From Octopus bimaculoides (taxonomy: Eukaryota), in assembly GCF_001194135.2 (NCBI RefSeq), contig NC_068981.1:58944742-59008741 (forward strand): DNA of 64,000 bases, written 5' to 3'. The notes below the pieces were generated by a model. The model made no database searches and was not told the origin of the DNA. It saw only the letters and a list, made by a program, of their open reading frames with translations. This document shows positions 1 to 12,534 of the stretch, one piece after another. Position 1 is the first letter of the stretch. Every line of letters begins with the position of its first letter. Made by a program: the position numbers and the translations under genes.

Positions 1-160
1 CACACACGCATACAATGACATATACACACACACACACACACACATATATATGCATATTTGGGCACAGGCCGTCATGAAATGTGTACAACAGAAAAATACG
101 AAGCACGAGTATATGGAATATTAACTATTTTTTTCGAACAACGAAGGACACATCATATTG

Positions 161-298
161 TTTCGGCAAAAGATGCCACTAGAATAAGTACTAGGTTTAC
201 AAAGAATAAGTCCTGGGTCGATTTTTTCGACTAAAGGCGGTACTCTAGCATGGCCGCAGTCAAATGACTGAAACAAATGAAAGAATGAAAGAATGAAA
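161..298 (+). mobile_element. SINE 3' module (same family as 6465-6830)
   Basis: gaataagtactagg...gtcgat...gactaaaggcggtactctagcatggccgcagtcaaatgactgaaacaa with a (gaaagaat)n tail; reverse complement of 6465-6560 and 9930-10040. Confidence 0.8.
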
Positions 299-2159
299 AG
301 AGGAGGTAGTAAGTATGGACCTAGTGAGGGCAGCGAGAAGTATTCAGCCCGAAGAGATTTTTATAAGTTGTAATGTTGCAGGTGCTACTGTATAATTTTA
401 TCGTTTCTAGGGGGTATATAATTAGTCAGGAGACTTACTTACATAAAGTCATTACAAATATACATAACTTGATCAGTAGGGTAGAACATTATAGGAAGGA
501 AAAAATAGTCTAGTCAACAAAAATTTGATGAAGTCAGACTAACTAGGCGGGAGTTATCATGGGATAGTAATTACAAATAGCACACCACATACTATAACAT
601 ATAGCTTATAACATATGCAATGCAATTCACCATATAACATAATATCCCATGATTTTATTATATTTAATACTAGAGGGTAAGTTTATAACAAATACGACAC
701 CAAAATTAATTTCCACCATCAAAGTTTACGTATGGCACCTATAATCGCTAATTTCGAAAATACCTAAATGTACGGGATATTATCTTATATGGTGAATATT
801 TCAGATTACCCTCTAAATTCCTTCTCCAAGTGCTCATCGCATTTGTGGTAAATAAAGTGCTTTCAGTGAACAATCAGGAAGAGTTTTCAGCGTCTACTTT
901 GTTGTTTAAACGCCTCATTGAAATGCCTCATTGAAAGTGCATAAATATAATAATTGTGTATGAACATATTTTGTTTTGTATAATGATTTATTTAGTTTGC
1001 ATTTAAAGTGTATGTGTATTAATATATTTTGTTTTGTATAATATATATTTCGATCGCTAGTTTGTTATCAAAAGAACATGTTATATAAACAAAATTGCAG
1101 GCTCAGAATCTTTGATGCTCAAAGTAATTTTTTTAAGGCATCATAAAAATGTTAAGAATTGTACTGGAAAAAATTCATATTAATTATGTTTCCTATTTCT
1201 TTTCCGTCGACTGTATTAATACTAAAATGTATTAATAACCTAAACTATATGAACACAGAACTATTGATATACAGAGATGGGAAATGAAATTTATATTTTT
1301 TTCCTGCTTGTCATATGAGCTGCGATAAAGCGAATAGTGGAGGTTTCAGCAAAGGAATTAACTATCGGAATTACACAAACAAAGAAGAGATGGAAAGAGA
1401 GCGAAAAGGCAGTAAGTCAGTGAGGCATTAGAAGTAGTCTTACTGCTTTGCATTTTCAGATTTAATAAAATGCCGGCAGCGAATTAAAATTAATCGTTTT
1501 GTTGAAAAGAAATTTGGAAATTACTTTTGGTAAAAATATATTAAAATTGGAATTAAACATTTTTTCTAGACAATGGAAAATTTAATAATTGCTTTCTCTT
1601 AGTAAAAGTTCCATAATTCCAACTAATTAATAAGCAGATTTCTCTGTTATACTGAATATTATTATTGTTGTCATACCTAGAAGTCACCTTCAGCTCCAGC
1701 TCTCATAATTTTCACAGTCAAATTACCTGAAGTTTAACCGCCTACATTTTTTTCTGCAAAATAGGGGTAGTTTATCCTGTTCAGTCTATATTATTAGTAT
1801 TATTCTGCGATTGAGAATTTAAAATCACTTCTTTAACTTTAATAGTTAATATTTTTTGTGCAATTGGAATGGGAGAGAAGCAGTTGAATCTTTGTGGGTC
1901 TAATGTAAGTGTAAGATTCCACTTCGCGTAATTCATGTTTTTAAAATTTAGATTTGTACTTGATCGACTTTTAACGCCCAAATTTGAAGAGGGAAAACAA
2001 TTTAATAATCTTCGAGAAAGGATACTGAAGGAATGGAGCAAGGCAAGTGAAGCTAGTGAAAAACGTAGGAGAAGTAAAACGTATGCGAGAGTCAAAATAA
2101 TTGTAGTATTGGTTTAGAAACCGGTGTTCTAACTCTAGAAAAGATACAGAGGAAGAAAT

Positions 2160-2370
2160 TTTCAACACCAATTACAAAAACAACAGCCGTAGTAACAATA
2201 ACGGCAACAGCAATAATTACAGCAACAGCAGTAATAACAACAAAATCATCCACAACTACACCAGTACAATAATAAAAGCAACAACAACAATAACAACATT
2301 AATAACAACAACAGTAATGACAGCATTATCATCAACAGCTACAAAAACAGCAAAAACAGAAATGAAAATG
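2160..2370. repeat. Degenerate (AAC/AGC/AAT)n low-complexity tract
   Basis: Runs of aacaac/agcaac/aataac; similar tracts at 4250-4340 and 5250-5460. Confidence 0.8.
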
Positions 2371-5300
2371 AAGAGAATAACTGGAGTTTATTTAACTTCA
2401 AAGAATTCCCAAATATAATACCTTCTAAGACATGTCACTTAAAATCAGCAGCGCGATTAACATCGACAGTAGCAGTGGTATTGTTGGAACATATGTAGAT
2501 TACACCATCACAACCATCACTGCCACCATTATTTAACCGCTTCCATCGCAACAAGGGGTGGTACTTGCAACATGAACATCGATTACACAACCGCAACTGC
2601 AAGCACTGCTGAATACAACAAAAATTGCTTCCAACAGTACAGTTACGCGTATAGACAGTGAGTACTTCTGATAGTCAGGAATGTCATAAAGAAGGAAGAC
2701 AGATGGATATTTTTATTTGTATCAGCAGGAAAGCTGGACATTGTTTGTAGATGAAATGTATCTTATAGATGCACCGACACTAAAATTTGTCCTATCATTA
2801 ATTTCGCACATCGTGGCAAGCACTCACAAACCTCGCTTCTATCATGCCGAGCATGATAAAAGTGAGGGTTGTCTTTAAAAAACAGGCTCGAACTCAATCG
2901 CAGACAATCATTCTAGACAAGTTTGAAAGATTTGAGGGTAGACGATTTCCCCTTCTGCCAAGCCCCATCAATATTTCCAAATTACGACTCAGAAAAGAAG
3001 TTAAGGGTGTAGAGGGAGTTTCTGGCCTCCAGCAAATTTCCTGAAAGGTAGATAAAGAAAGTGTGCTATATGTACAAGTGGATGGACCTACTCTGAAATG
3101 TCCCTATAGCCCGGAGATGACAGCTAGGATAGGGTACTGTCCTGTGGCAGTAAACGTAATCGGGGATCTGTGGTGTACCTTGATTGGCACCTGCTTCTAT
3201 CTCCTTTCTGGGCCTTTCAATATAATTTCGTTGTATTGTATATTCTGTTTGGGCTGTGTTATACTAATAGGCAATAGTTGTGTCGGTGGATGATATAGTG
3301 ACAGGTATCGGTTAAGTCGGAGGATGTGTTGTATTATTTTCTTAAGTAGTGAGTATATGCCGTATATGATGTGTGGCTTCTGTTATATTCGGTGGTTATT
3401 CCGACGAGCATGCTTTCCTCGAGTCGTGTTATTGAGTGGTGTTGCTTGGGATATGAATTGTTATTGGATCATGGTTGTAGAGAGTATGTTTTGTTCGAGT
3501 TATATCATTGAAAGGACTATCTTGTGTGGGATATAGGTTGCAACTAACAGGCTATTTTGTTGAATGTCTGTAGAATTGTGAGTCCTTATATAATTTTTTA
3601 TGGTTTTGTTCATGCTTATTTTTATATCATACCTAATACTCCATGTATTATTCATACTGTTTTCACAGTCTTACACGCGTCCTTCCAGTTTATTATGTTG
3701 GAAATAGTTTAATTATGAAATGGCTTGTGTATTTCTACCCATTTCTCTATTTCTAACAGAAATTTTAATAGGTTTTGCACTGGGCTTCTTTGTAAGTATT
3801 TAGAAATCATGAATATTTAGCAATTTTGTTTGTGGGGTCGGAGCTAGGTAAAGGAAGAGAGAGGTCTTTCTGGAAGATTAATTTTTCTGTGCATGTAGAA
3901 TGTTTTTATTTTCTTCTTTTTACTTGTTAATGACATGCTTTTTTTATTTTTGAAACGTTAAGGTTGATGTACGGTTTTAGTGTTGAAACTGCTTTAATTA
4001 TGGGGAGGGTATTAGAGTGTAGTATATTATTAAATACTTTGCAGTAATAAATCCAGATAATATTCATACTGGAGGGAGTTGAGAGAGAAGTCACAGGTAA
4101 GTCTAAGAATGAAGGAAAGCATTCCATAGCTTGGCTTGAGAACAAGAATAGCGTTGTGGTCGTCATGGCAACGACAGTCTTTGACGTCACTGCTACACCA
4201 TTTTCTACTGCTACATTGGCGCTACTGCATGAAGCAGGAATTATTATAGCAACCAAAGCAAAATCAGCAGCAACAGCAGCAATAATAATGCAGACGATGA
4301 TGACAGCAACAATAATAACATCAATAAGGACAACAGAAGTTAAAAAAGTGAACAAAAATTAGGAATAACGACAGTACAACAAGGAAGATTATTACTTTTG
4401 TGCGTTCAACGAAATAATGAACTACCCACATGATCAAGGTAAAGACAGAACCAGTAAAAGAAATTACATATATCGATAGTGTACGCTTCGAAGTTTACGT
4501 ATCCAGAGGGAAGCAACATGAGACAGTGGGAGCCATCTGCAGTAGCGGGTAGGAAACTCAAATACTGTGGCCACAAATACATGCATATTACAAGTTTTTA
4601 TTATGATCCTACTGTGTATGGGGCATTGGATAACCAAAGATAGCGTTACTAATGTGCTGCATAAATGGGACCAGGCCAAAGTGATGGTAGTGGTAGAAGA
4701 ATACAGAGACTTTATAGGACCTCAGTCTACCCCAGCAAAATAAAGCTGAATGTATGTGACTGGAATTTCAACTGTTAGTTGCACCAGAGGACCTTCCTGA
4801 CACACCTCATTATTTTTACCTCGAAGAGTGTGGGAAAATGCAGGTGCTCATCGAGGGCAAAAAAAAAAAGAAAAAGCAACATTTTAAATTCATGGTAATG
4901 CAAACCGTCTCACAGAGTTATTCCTCATCGTGGAGAAGATGAGAGCGGAGCACCACCCGTTGACTACGGCAATCACAAGAGCAGTAGCTATAGCATAAGT
5001 TTCTACTACAGGAATTAAAAAAAAAGACGCTGTGAAGAATGCGTCTTAACTGCTGCAAAAACAGGAAGAAGCATCTGAAAGCACAGTCATAACACTAATA
5101 TCCTCCGATCTCTTGAATAATGAAAATATTCCAGTCCTCCATCAGTTAGTGTTCAAAAATGGCAAATTGGAGCGAACATCAGAGAAAAAGGGGAGCGACT
5201 AAAGGAAAACGAGCGAACCGAACAACCAGAACAACTCAAAGGCTCAGCAATGCAAAACGACAGCAATAAAAACAAACAAACAAAAAATAAATGAACAAAC

Positions 5301-5639
5301 ATAAACGTCTGTAAACGAGTAATAAACCAAAACAACAGCAATAATAATTACAAGAACAACAATCTCAATGATCACAGCAGTAATAACAAAAAATGCCAAA
5401 AACCTGATAATAACAAACGCGGCAATCAGAAGAGCTGGTACCACAATCACAATAACAACAATCTACAGGCGAGACGAATCCCTTAGCTACATCATTTGCC
5501 AAACTGAAAAAGTCGAGTTGATGACATTGTTGAAGCACACGAGAACAAAATGTTTTAATAAGCAAGGTTTTTGATGAAGACACTAAAAATAGACCCCTCG
5601 TGAAAGCAATTCAAGAAGTGTATAAATCCCTCAGAAAAC

Positions 5640-5990
5640 GATTTACACATAACATGGGAGCGTTAAAAATATCCAGGACGTGAAGTTGTTGAAGAACTCT
5701 TTCAAGGGCCCCACCAAAACGATTATCTTTAGACCAAGACAAGTAACTCACTCTTAATAAAGAATGGCTGACATCAATGCACAAGGCCTAGATGTAGTAG
5801 TCATGAACAAGACCAGAGTTTCCGAAATATACTGGCCGATTATGAGGGTTACACGTCTTTCGGTCATCTCAGATCAAGTGACAGTACACTGCTGTTTTGG
5901 AGGTAAATATGTTCTTCCTAAACCCAGTTGATAAGTCGCTGGTCCTGGAGGTGAACAGAGAGTGATGGGGGTAACTTCAGATAAATGGCA
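5640..5990 (+). mobile_element. Degraded LINE AP-endonuclease fragment (RTE-like)
   Basis: Translated pieces LDVVVMNKTRVS and GYTSFGH resemble the DxxxLxETR and GYTFFWSG segments of LINE AP endonucleases; heavily frameshifted. Confidence 0.4.
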
Positions 5991-6464
5991 GTGTATGAGA
6001 GGGAAGGAAGTGAGCACTAGATTTCTTTAGACATTTAGATACATTCTTAGGAACATTTCCCCGTAATTATTGTTAGTGAATAATTGAAATAACATCCATG
6101 ACGCACGTAGGAATTGTCTGGGAAAAGCTTATAGGAGAGGGTTCAAATCTCGCGAAGTTTGTTTCTCATCCGTCTAGGGTGGATAAAATAAAGTTGTAAA
6201 GTACTGGGGTCGACACAATCGAGTAACCACTTCCTCTTACATTTTTGGTCTTATCCCTATGTTAGGAATGTCATTATTATATTTGAATTTTTGAAAAGAA
6301 TTGGCATCTATCAAAAGCCGTGAGAAAAATAATTCCAACATGATTATCTTATAGATAACAAAATGCTTTCCTATTGCTTAGGGATCCACCACTTTTCCTT
6401 GGATAGAAGAAAAATGTCTACGGATATTTTTATCCTTTTGTTTGTTTGTTTGTAGTCTTTTTTT

Positions 6465-6830
6465 TACTTGTTTCATGACTGCAGCCATGCTGGAGCACCA
6501 CCTTTAGTTGAGAAAATCGACCCCAGGACTCATTTTTTAAAGCCTAGTACTTATTCTATTGGACACTGTTACTGAGCCGCTAAGTTACGAAGACGTAAAC
6601 ACACCAACAAGCGATGGTTGGTGGGGGGAAAATAGAGACACAGAAGCATATACATACATACATACACATACACACACACACGTACATATACAACGGGCTT
6701 CTTTCAGTTTCCGTCTGCCAAATCCACTCACGACCCGAGGCTATAATGGAAGACACTTGCCCAAGGTGCCACGTAGTGGGACTGAACCCGGAACTATGTG
6801 GTCGGGAAGCAAGCTTATTTTACAGCCACT
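6465..6830 (-). mobile_element. tRNA-derived SINE, near full length, with internal (TACA)n/(CA)n microsatellite
   Basis: Minus-strand head gtggctgtaaaataagcttgcttccc... with box B-like ccgggttcagtccc (6778-6791); internal microsatellite at about 6645-6690; 3' module shared with 161-298 and 9930-10140. Confidence 0.85.
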
Positions 6831-7052
6831 TCTGTACCTATGATCTACTCTCACGCATATTTCGAAATTTATATATTAACTGACTGTGATGGTTTTCTAC
6901 CTCCATTGAGTCTGACGTACCGTCTATAAGGCCTAGCGCTTCATGGATGTGAAACCATTGGCCACTTTATGACCAGACATATTTAACCGCTTGTAAATAT
7001 ATTACTGCTCTATTCTTTAGAGTGTGCTTCTTTTTCGGATATATGATCCACT

Positions 7053-7109
<57 letters not shown>

Positions 7110-8400
7110 GATAGATAGATAGAAGGCGTATGCATCATCATCGTACAACTGCTGCAGCGGCAGACGACCACAATCCTCTTCCATACCACACTGCTTTCAT
7201 TATGACTTGTGGTCCAGAAGTTAACTGGTTAATTCTGGCTATTGGAAGAACTGTTAAAGTTGACGCGGAATTCAAAATCAGAACGAGGAGATAAAACAAT
7301 ACTGTTAGACTTCTCATCTGACGCTTCTATCGATTCCGCCATGCCTGACTAAACAGTAAATAAAAACAAAAGTTGGAGACAATGCCTGACTTTTTATCGT
7401 GTACGATAAAATGTCTTGAAAATTTTTTTGTAGCTTCTTGTGGTTTGAGTTCAAATATCATAGAGGTTAATTTTAATCTTTAATCATTCGGGTTCGATAA
7501 AGTATCAGTCAAGGGAGTAGACTGGTAGAAGAGGTACATTGGTACACTACCAGTTTTCCAGCTTCCTTTATCTTAGATCCATGTGCAGGATTATCTCTTT
7601 TGTTAAGTTATAAGAAAGTACATGACAGTAATTCCTAGAAGACTGCTGTCATGCTATTAATAATCTCTTCACTACTAAGCCTTCGAAAAATACCTTTACT
7701 TATTCATCAGAAGCGTTAAAAAGTTGTAAGCATTCTTTCAACATTTCTACAACAATGACATGGGGCTATAAATATTTAACACAAAATTCAATACCCCACG
7801 TTCACTTTCTAACCATTAGTCTCCCACAGGCCTTGTCTTAAAACGCAACTTTAACGGGCATATATTTAATTTTCCCTCTTTTATTCTGGGACACTGTATT
7901 CTCTACAGTGAAGTTATTAATTCACTCTTCATTAAGAGAGGAATCCTTAGTCGGTTAGCGCGTGGCATATAAGCTTTTGCATGTTTATATCATTATAATT
8001 AGATGTAGGGAGAGCATTTCTGGCTTCATGATTTGTTATTAGTAGATAAATAAATGCGTGTCGTTAAGGACTGACAACAAAAAGTTATAACAGTCATCAA
8101 AAATTTTAGTGTTGTCATATAATTATGTTCTGATTAAAAGAGTTACTAAATCATTAGTTGCCGGAAAATCGATAGTGTACCTGTATGTGTGTGTCATCAA
8201 ACATGCACACACACATGCACATTCACATAATCATATAACACTGAGAACCAAGCAGGGAACTTTGTAGTATGGGACTGCATAGTGTTGATATGCATTTGTA
8301 TTTTAAGATTTCTAATTGTTATCAATTCACCCTGGGATCTAAATTAATATTTAATCGGAGTTGAATGTCAGCAATACTCATTTCACTCAGATACTACCAG

Positions 8401-8431
<31 letters not shown>

Positions 8432-9127
8432 GTACATACGTACACGCACACACACGTAAACATACATGCACACATACACACGCGCGCGCACACACACATG
8501 CACACACATAACGTTTTTGAACTGGTTTAGTAATGTGGCTTATGAGGTAGTCTGGATTGTGAATATCCAAAGATGATTTTAAAATTTCAGATGAGCAGCC
8601 TTTGATTAAAGATATGCAAATATATTCAGATTGATTTTAAAAACGAAGTTTTTTTTACATTTCATAACGAGTTTGATACTCTGGTCATCGAATTTTAGAA
8701 AGCAAACATATGTACGCATGTCTTCATTCATAATAATTTAGAGGGGCTTTCTTATCACCATAAAATATCGACTTCCTTCCAATTTCCCCTAGCTTTAGAT
8801 AGTTTCATTTGCAGAATCTTACCATCAATATGGAGAAAGTGTCAAAGTTGTGGAAAAGATTCATTGTACAGTTTTAATTTCTTTTAATCTTATTTTATCT
8901 CTGAAGAAATATGTAATTTATTTTTTGGCAATCGAAAAATTAACAACTGTGGAGCAAAAATGTTGAAAAAAAAAAATGTCTCTTAGATACTAGCAATAAA
9001 CATTATGCCTCTCTTCTCTTTCCATAAATGCTGACAAGATAAAGTAGATGGCGGAAGAAAGTCATAACATACACAAACGAACATTACTGTGATATATACG
9101 CATGTACGTACAAATCATATATATATG

Positions 9128-9395
9128 TGTGTGTGTGGCTTAGTGGCTGGGGTATCGTAATGTCGTGTGTTCGACCTCTGGCGGAGCGCGGTTGTGTCCT
9201 TCAGTAAAGTACTTTATTTCACGTTGCTTTATTTCATGTTGCTTCACACCACTCAGTTGGCAAAAATGAGTTGTGTCTGTAGTTCAAAGGGCTAACTTTG
9301 TTAAATTCAGTGTCACGCTAAATCTCTCCGAAAACTACGTTAAGGGTATGCGTGCTTGTGGAGTGGTCAGTTACTTCCACGTTAATTTCACGAGC
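9128..9395 (+). mobile_element. tRNA-derived SINE (second family), 3' end lost in gap
   Basis: Box A-like gtggcttagtgg and box B-like gtgttcgacc, followed by ttgtgtccttcagtaaag...ccactcagttggcaaaaatgag body. Confidence 0.75.
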
Positions 9396-9822
9396 NNNNN
9401 NNNNNNNNNNNNNNNNNNNNNNNNNNNNNNNNNNNNNNNNNNNNNNNNNNNNNNNNNNNNNNNNNNNNNNNNNNNNNNNNNNNNNNNNNNNNNNNNNNNN
9501 NNNNNNNNNNNNNNNNNNNNNNNNNNNNNNNNNNNNNNNNNNNNNNNNNNNNNNNNNNNNNNNNNNNNNNNNNNNNNNNNNNNNNNNNNNNNNNNNNNNN
9601 NNNNNNNNNNNNNNNNNNNNNNNNNNNNNNNNNNNNNNNNNNNNNNNNNNNNNNNNNNNNNNNNNNNNNNNNNNNNNNNNNNNNNNNNNNNNNNNNNNNN
9701 NNNNNNNNNNNNNNNNNNNNNNNNNNNNNNNNNNNNNNNNNNNNNNNNNNNNNNNNNNNNNNNNNNNNNNNNNNNNNNNNNNNNNNNNNNNNNNNNNNNN
9801 NNNNNNNNNNNNNNNNNNNNNN

Positions 9823-9854
<32 letters not shown>

Positions 9855-9860
9855 CATACA

Positions 9861-9891
<31 letters not shown>

Positions 9892-9929
9892 GAATATTCT
9901 TATGCACAGACACACTCACATATTCTTTT

Positions 9930-10140
9930 ATTCTTTTACTTCAGACATTTGACTGCAGCCATGCTGGAATACCACCTTAAAGGTTTTTTAGTCGAAGAAA
10001 TCGATTCCATGAATTATTCTTTGTAAGCCTAGTACATGTGCTATCGGAATCTTTTGCCGAACCGCTAAGTAATGAGGACGTAAGCACACAGACATCGAGT
10101 GTCAAGCGATGGTGGTGAGGGACAAACAGACACAAAGACA
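9930..10140 (-). mobile_element. SINE 3' module abutting an expanded (CA)n tract and gap
   Basis: catttgactgcagccatgctggaataccacc...gtaagcctagtac...gccgaaccgctaag matches 6475-6620. Confidence 0.8.
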
Positions 10141-10214
10141 TACACATAAACACAGACACACACACACAGACACACACACACACAGACACACACAAACAGA
10201 CACACACACACAGA

Positions 10215-10272
<58 letters not shown>

Positions 10273-10748
10273 NNNNNNNNNNNNNNNNNNNNNNNNNNNN
10301 NNNNNNNNNNNNNNNNNNNNNNNNNNNNNNNNNNNNNNNNNNNNNNNNNNNNNNNNNNNNNNNNNNNNNNNNNNNNNNNNNNNNNNNNNNNNNNNNNNNN
10401 NNNNNNNNNNNNNNNNNNNNNNNNNNNNNNNNNNNNNNNNNNNNNNNNNNNNNNNNNNNNNNNNNNNNNNNNNNNNNNNNNNNNNNNNNNNNNNNNNNNN
10501 NNNNNNNNNNNNNNNNNNNNNNNNNNNNNNNNNNNNNNNNNNNNNNNNNNNNNNNNNNNNNNNNNNNNNNNNNNNNNNNNNNNNNNNNNNNNNNNNNNNN
10601 NNNNNNNNNNNNNNNNNNNNNNNNNNNNNNNNNNNNNNNNNNNNNNNNNNNNNNNNNNNNNNNNNNNNNNNNNNNNNNNNNNNNNNNNNNNNNNNAAGAA
10701 GATATAAGATTTGCCAGGTTTTTCTCTCTCACCAAGGTCATCAGCTGT

Positions 10749-10793
10749 CGAACGCCGACGAAGGGAAATAACCCTGAAATCCGGATACGTTCG
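10749..10793 (+). ncRNA. Minimal type I hammerhead ribozyme (U4C core variant) with palindromic helix III
   Basis: CGAACG-CCGACGA-AGGG aaataa CCCT-GAAA-TCCGGA-TA-CGTTCG: 6-bp helix I, 4-bp helix II, palindrome ATCCGGAT, AUA triplet, predicted cut 10787/10788. The single core deviation is U4 to C. Confidence 0.7.
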
Positions 10794-11089
10794 TGCTGCT
10801 GGTCGTGGTGAGAGGGATAACTCCCTTGGCAAACAGGACACAGTCGTGTGTCGATAAGCCAGCTGGAGGAGATGTCCTCCTGGGGCTAAAAGCAACAGTA
10901 ACATCCACCCCTAGGGGTCAGCCACACTTAAGTGGCAATATACTACACTTTATATATATATATATATATATATAATAGCAAACTTATAAGAAGCGGAGAG
11001 AGAACATAGGTTCGTTTGCCCGAACAGGAGAAATTATTGATTTTTCATCAGTTAAAAATTACTGCCCATATACGAATTCTGAACTTTCA

Positions 11090-11255
11090 CGAGGTACGAC
11101 TCCAGTACGCAACTGGTACTTAATTTATCGACCCCGAAAGGATGAAAGGCAAAGTCGATCTTGGCGGAATTTGTACTCAAAACGTAGCAACGGGCGAAAT
11201 ACCGTCAAGCATTTCGTCCAACGCGTTCACGATTCTGCCAACTCGCTGCTTTACG
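11090..11255 (-). mobile_element. tRNA-derived SINE (third family)
   Basis: Minus strand has an A-box-like gagttggcagaatcgtg, B-box-like tgagtacaaattcc and core ttgcctttcatcctttcggggtcgataaa. Weaker copies at about 6120-6220, 7420-7530 and 13480-13540. Confidence 0.75.
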
Positions 11256-11603
11256 CCTTGAACAACATTAACAACAACAAAAGGGGTCTATGGTTCACTT
11301 GAATTTGACATCTGAACTGTTTTTTTCGAGTTATTTCACCTCTTCCTTCTACCATTTTCCTGACCTGACTCTCCTCACCACACATGTCTCAGTTACTGCT
11401 ATTGCTTACCCTATTGCTGCCACCGCCACTACTACCACCACCGACATCACCTTCCCACCATCTCACCCGTCATTTACCCGCCATTTCCTCCCCGTCATCA
11501 ATCAGTCTCCTCCGAGAAGTTCAGCGAAAACAATGAAGGTTTGAACAAAGGGACTAGTGTGGGTATCCTTGATGCGTACAATGCAGCTCGCACCCGCACT
11601 AGT

Positions 11604-12534
11604 CCCTTTGTCTAGACATCAACAAAGCCTTCGATCCTATCTGGCATGTAAATCTGTCAAAACTTTCCGATTACAGACTCCATCCATCTCTTATCTTTTG
11701 GATCGGTAACCTCTTACCACTTCGCAGCATAGTGGTATGTGTTTACAGAGTTCTTTCTACCCCACTCTCAGTCAACTCTGGCATTTGTCAGGGCTCGATT
11801 TCGTCCTCAACTCTATTCTTTCTATACATCAATGACCTACTTGCTGTGGATTCTAACAATGCTCACTCTTATGCACATGACACGCCCCTTCATTCCTCCC
11901 AATCATTCCTTAATCATGTGTCATCTACACACAGTCTAGATACATCATGCCAAACCTGTACTGATTTGAAGGAGAGCTTGAAAGCATCTTTCAGTGGAAC
12001 TATGTCAATTTTCTTTTCTTTAATAGCACTCCTCCCCAAATACAAAACAAAAAAACACTATGCACTATTCATATCAATAAAATACCACTGTACTACCCTC
12101 ACTCTGAACATCAACGGCTTTCAGATAGGGCTCTCATAGTCGCTTCAAATGCTGGGCATCATTATCATCAGGCATCTCTCCTGGAGAAAACACATCCTTA
12201 GCATAGCTGGGACTGAATCCGAAAGACTAGGCCTTCTCTTTATGGCTAGAAGATATACCACCCCTCAACAGCTGCTGGCACCCTATAAGGTTTAAGTGTG
12301 GCCCACAATGGAATACTTCTCTCACATCTGGAACGGTACTGTCGCTACGTACAGTGATACTTGGACAACCAGAGAAGGACTACTTGGCTGAGTGGCACAC
12401 TCAGCTTCTAACCTACAGTTGTGCTATCTTCTCTACCTATCTTTTTTATTGCTATTATAATAGATTTTGCCACTCGGAGCTGGCTAGTTGCGTACTGCCC
12501 CCACTCAAGCACCCCAAACCATTCGCCATCTCTT
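11604..12534 (+). mobile_element. CR1/Jockey-group LINE reverse transcriptase fragment (degenerate, 5'-truncated)
   Basis: LDINKAFD, SVNSGICQGSISSSTLFFLYINDLL (GVPQGSxLSP motif), HSYAHDTPLH (YADD decayed) and C-terminal ELASCVLPPL. Confidence 0.85.

Noticed and set aside
860-940. Minus-strand caatga-ggcgt...acgct-gaaa motif
   Set aside because: Three core mismatches and no helix I or III; indistinguishable from chance.
2900-4150. Minus-strand coding-like relic (e.g. TGQYPILAVISGL*GHFRVGPSTCTY), possibly a retroelement ORF1
   Set aside because: Many stops and no diagnostic motif I can name; it needs a tBLASTn/Dfam search before any call.
6690-6830. tRNA genes suggested by A/B boxes here and at 9128-9190, 11150-11255 and 48080-48150
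   Set aside because: No cloverleaf; each continues into SINE body sequence, so these are SINE heads.
10850-10900. HDV-like ribozyme suggested by tcctcc...gggCtaa
   Set aside because: P1, P1.1 and P3 of the nested double pseudoknot could not be built; only a simple hairpin is supported.
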